The translations under genes and the position numbers were made by a program. From assembly GCF_947568905.1 (NCBI RefSeq), contig NC_079167.1, positions 88,474,001 to 88,538,000 on the forward strand: a DNA stretch of 64,000 nt, written 5' to 3'. The notes under the pieces were generated by a model. It made no database searches, was not told the DNA's origin, and worked only from the letters and a program-made list of their open reading frames with translations. Positions 59,624 to 64,000 of the stretch are shown here, one piece after another; position 1 is the stretch's first letter, and each line of letters begins with the position of its first letter. Origin of the DNA: Ostrea edulis. Taxonomy: Eukaryota.

Positions 59624-61672
59624 GTAAGTCACTGTCAGTATAGTACTGGTATAAGTCACTGAAACTTCTCTGAAGGATAATGTTTTGTTGACACAGTACT
59701 TTACTGTAGCCATACTAACATGGACGCTTATTTACATGGATAGTCAAGATCGTGTTTATATTACTACTTAGACCATTCAAAGTGAATGTTTATCTTCCAC
59801 CCATTTCCAAAAAGAATAAAAGGAAATACACTCCCTGTAGAATTTATATTTAGTTGATGTTTCTTTCATTAGGGTAACACAGTAGTAAAAAACTAGGTGC
59901 TCTTTCCTGGACTCGTGTTAAGTCGTGATCATTTCATTAAAAATATATGAACTATGTACACTACCCACCATAAATAAGTATACACATAAGCAAAATACAC
60001 ATTTTGGAATGAAATATATCCAATATAATGATTAAGGGTACAACTTCAATATATGTGAAACAATAATGGACATTCAGTATCTTGGCTTTGTCTGTTGAAT
60101 TGTAATATTGATTTATTTATTAAGGTGAAAAATCAAAAGATCTTATAAAAGTACATATTAAATACACATTGATATGTATTAGTGATTAATTTGAAATGGT
60201 TTCAAAATAAAAGTTTGTATGGTATCAAGATCTTTTTAGAAAATTCAGAAAATGAAGTATTTTGTTAAAAAATAAGGATATAAAAAGTTGAAAGTCCAAT
60301 GTTATCTATTTATATGTAAGAGACTAAGAGTTATGTATATTGCATAGAAAAATCTGAATCTATGATGTATTAAACCCATATTTTGCATGTGCAAGTAACT
60401 TATTTTTGTGAGTGTATGCTTATTAATGGTGGGGCAGTGTACTTAAAGGTTAAGACTATGACATCACATCTGTCTGCTTAAATGTTTGAGACTCTAAGTC
60501 TGTAGACAGATAACACAATGTCGTTTTGATAAGGGAAAGAGTTAAGTTATAATTATTAATAATTTTGACACTATTTAACCATTTTGGTCTGTCGAGATGT
60601 GATGGGTAATATTTCAAACACAAGCATGTGGGATATATAAAACTTTCTTGAGGAATGTTTAGCTTCACATTTGAATTTCCTCTATTCACACATGTTTGTG
60701 TTCCACGTTTAAAACAGAAGGGCAAAAAAACCGAGCAACATGCAGATATTTAGCATTTATAACTTGATAGACTATTGACAACAGATCAGGGCATTTCCTT
60801 TGTGAAACTAGAAAATTGAAATGGTAGGGAAATCTCAAACAATATATTTTGTTACTGTATTACAGTAAGAATCAATACAAGATTGTGCAGTTTTTGAGTG
60901 ACACAGTTGATACACATGTATTGATACATTGATTCAGTGGTACAAATACTTGTCTGAATGATCAGGAACACATCCATATCTATAATTATATACTTATTAT
61001 CAAGTTTAAACTATGGGGCCAGGTATAAATGTTACAGCTTTCTGTTATGTAATTTCACTTTCTTTATGGTCTTGAATTTTGGATACTGAATTAAAACTTT
61101 CGGTCTTAGTCTTGGTGTAATATGAGGGTTTTCAGTGTCCACAACCATTAGTTTCCATTCATCTGTAGGTGTCAAACAGAGAAAGCTTGGATTGACAACT
61201 ACCTAGCAGTGGGCCTTAAATCAATCATTCTCCCTTTTTCAGGGTCTATCAGCCTTAGCCTTGCATCCTTTTTCTTGCAGAGCAACTGTTAAATAGGACA
61301 GATATCTTGCAGAAATAGAGGATGTTGATTTAATAACCTTGTTTCTATCACACTGGAACATAATATATATTTAAAAGCTGAATGAATAGCAAACCATTTT
61401 ATGGGGGTATGAAATGGAATGGGGTAGTTTACGCTTCATAAACTGTGAAGTGTATACACTACCTCCCTTTTATGTCTACATAAATTAGTTTGCCATTCAC
61501 CTTGTACCTTAGACTGGATAATGAAACTTTTTACCAAAATTTAAATAATTTCTTTTGATTAACTAAGATTTAACCCCCTATGATGCCACCATTTAACCTT
61601 ACCTACCCTAGGGGGAGACATTTCTTTTTGGTTACATAGTATTCCATTCATTTTGATTAATCATACTATTTG

Positions 61673-62060
61673 CAGTCTGCAAAATTATCGGTAGTCCGAA
61701 CGCCCGCTGCCAGTGATTTTCCTGTCGGACTTGTAAAATCCGCTTGGCAACAAGTCCGACTGGCTTGTAAAAAAATTACCCGTCGGAGTTTTAATTTGAC
61801 AATCGGAAGGAAATAAATATTACGCGCATGCTCAAGTCATAGAATATAGAATAACTCTCCCCAAACAAAGTAATTCGTCCCATTAATTACGCATCTTCAC
61901 TCGGTCTGTTCCGGATTTGTCTTGAAAATTATTCAGATTTCGCATGCGTATAATTACATTTTTTTTTTTTGGGGCAAGTGAAATTGAGTTCGGGCATGTG
62001 GATTTCCTGAAAATGGTTTTCCGAATGGCTTGTGGTTTGAAATCTTAATATCGTTGACTG
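61673..62060. mobile_element. Non-autonomous DNA element with imperfect short TIRs and 6-bp TSD
   Basis: tatttg|CAGTCTGCAAAATTAT ... TTAATATCGTTGACTG|tatttg (TSD at 61667-61672 and 62061-62066). Confidence 0.6.
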
Positions 62061-62900
62061 TATTTGTTAGCTGCTATGAAATGTTGCATTTTTCCTTAAA
62101 GGGTAAATACTGATCTTTGTTGAGAAATTATTGATATTAGAATTAGTTGTTAACTGTAAATTTTTAAGATGCATCAAATGGTGACATCAGGGAGAAAGGT
62201 GTGTAAAGCTTTAAGGGAAATAGTTCAATTTGAAATCTGCAGCTTCATGCTATTTGAACTCGCAATGCTAATAGAAAATATTATCTATACAAACCAATAA
62301 ACTTGTATGTTACAATGGAAATTAAATCATAAAGCTATAAAGCAGGGTTATATGCAGATAAAGGGAGTTAACTTTTGTGTGAAAGTCACTTAGTGTCCTC
62401 AGGTAATTAGGACAGGTGTTTGACTGAGAACAGTTAGTAGCTATTGTTCTGATGGGAGAAGGGGTGAGATGGTTTTACAACTCTCACCTGCCTGTCACCC
62501 CAGACACTGACATTATAAGCATTGACTTGGTCTAATTAGTCTTCATGGCATAGAAAGCATTACCCTGTTGAATGACTTCCACATATATCATAAAGACGAA
62601 AGGTATATAATATTGTCTTGTTTGTGGAGTGGTTCTGATAGAAAACTAGAGGTTTATTTTTTTGTGTATGCCTGATCTAACAGTTTATGCATTTACTGCT
62701 ATGTTACCCATCTTATTTATGCAAATTACTGAATAGGTAAATATTTGACAAGAAAATATCTTCTGGAAACTGAAATACAGCATGTGAAAGTCCTTGAGAT
62801 ATATAAAAGCCTGAGATTTATTTCATGACATTTTTTGGAGTTTTTATCCACATAAAGAATTATGTATACATTTAAAAAGATTATTTTTCATCTATATGGA

Positions 62901-63465
62901 TATAGGGAGTAAAAAGGAGATTTTTAAAACTATATAGATATAGGGAGTGAGAAAGGAGATTTTATAAACTATATAGATATAGGGAGTGAGAAAGGAGATT
63001 TTTTAAACTATATAGATATAGGGAGTGAGAAAGGAGATTTTATAAACTATATAGATACAGGGAGTGAGAAAGGAGATTTTATAAACTATATAGATATAGG
63101 GAGTGAGAAAGGAGATTTTATAAACTATATAGATATAGGGAGTGAGAAAGGAGATTTTATAAACTATATAGATACAGGGAGTGAGAAAGGAGATTTTATA
63201 AACTATATAGATATAGGGAGTGAGAAAGGAGATTTTATAAACTATATAGATACAGGGAGTGAGAAAGGAGATTTTATAAACTATATTGATATAGGGAGTG
63301 AAAAGGGAGATTTTATAAACTATATAGATACAGGGAGTGAGAAAGGAGATTTTATAAACTATATAGATATAGGGAGTGAGAAAGGAGATTTTATAAACTA
63401 TATTGATATAGGGAGTGAGAAAGGAGATTTTATAAACTATATAGATATAGGGAGTAAAAGGGAGA
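62901..63465. repeat. 39-bp minisatellite, about 14.5 copies, in GIPC intron 1
   Basis: Unit tatagggagtgagaaaggagattttataaactatataga, highly homogeneous. Confidence 0.95.
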
Positions 63466-64000
63466 TGTTGATAGAAGGAAAGGGAAAGATGAGTAGAGGG
63501 AAAGGTGAGAGATGTTTAGGGAGACAAGGAGGGAAGGAAATGGAAACTTCATTTGATGAAGGAAAACAATGGGATACATGCGTGCTGAAAGAGGGAAGGG
63601 AAGTATAAATGGAGGGAAGATATCTGAGGACACAATGGAAGGAAAGGAAGTAATTAAGGGATAAAGCAGGCTGGAAACGGAAATTATATCTGATGTGCTT
63701 CCTTCACTTACTACAAGTGAACTCATGGAAATTGACTGGGATCCATCAATAAGGTCCACAGTGTCGTCACCAGTGACATCAGGTTAAACGTTGGTTTAAA
63801 TGTTTCATCTACAAGAAACAGTTAACCCTTTATAATCCAAACTTTAATGAATGATGCATAAACCCTCCATGATTTCCATGTGATTCAAACTTGCATGGAT
63901 AATGCATCTGTGGATGCAAACTACCATTCATCATTCAAATAATGCATCGGACCTATATTTTCTGGATGACCAGTAGGTAGTTTTTGCAGCATGTCTACTT

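Noticed and set aside
47606-63465. CRISPR-like arrays (repeats at 47.6-48.6 kb, 57.9 kb and 62.9-63.5 kb)
   Set aside because: These are head-to-tail tandem repeats with no unique spacers, in a eukaryotic context with no cas genes.
63430-63759. 109-aa S/P/F/L-rich minus-strand ORF
   Set aside because: It is a compositional artefact of the pyrimidine-rich strand of a GA tract.

Overview
AT-rich, intron-containing eukaryotic DNA, most likely from an oyster (Crassostrea/Magallana type). The attribution rests on repeated copies of a ~166-bp satellite monomer resembling Cg170/HindIII, carried inside Helentron-like elements. I reconstructed the gene models by hand from GT(GC)-AG boundaries and reading-frame phases. 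Left to right: PGS1 (minus strand, 8-9 coding exons, complete); a complete 48-exon outer-arm axonemal dynein beta heavy chain (plus strand, 4464 aa, DNAH9/11/17 family, one GC-AG intron); ZNF511 (minus, 6 coding exons); GTF2H5/TFB5 (minus, one coding exon); and the first coding exon of GIPC (plus). Introns and intergenic DNA are full of non-autonomous mobile elements and minisatellites. The strongest unusual signal is that the GTF2H5 stop codon lies only 92 nt upstream of the ZNF511 start codon on the same strand, suggesting a shared or bicistronic transcription unit. A possible second such unit links an unidentified small spliced ORF to PGS1. PGS1 sits next to the DNAH17-family gene as it does in human, but in a different relative orientation. 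There are also two candidate orphan genes. No prokaryote-type systems or CRISPR arrays are present. All coordinates were counted by eye and no database search was run.
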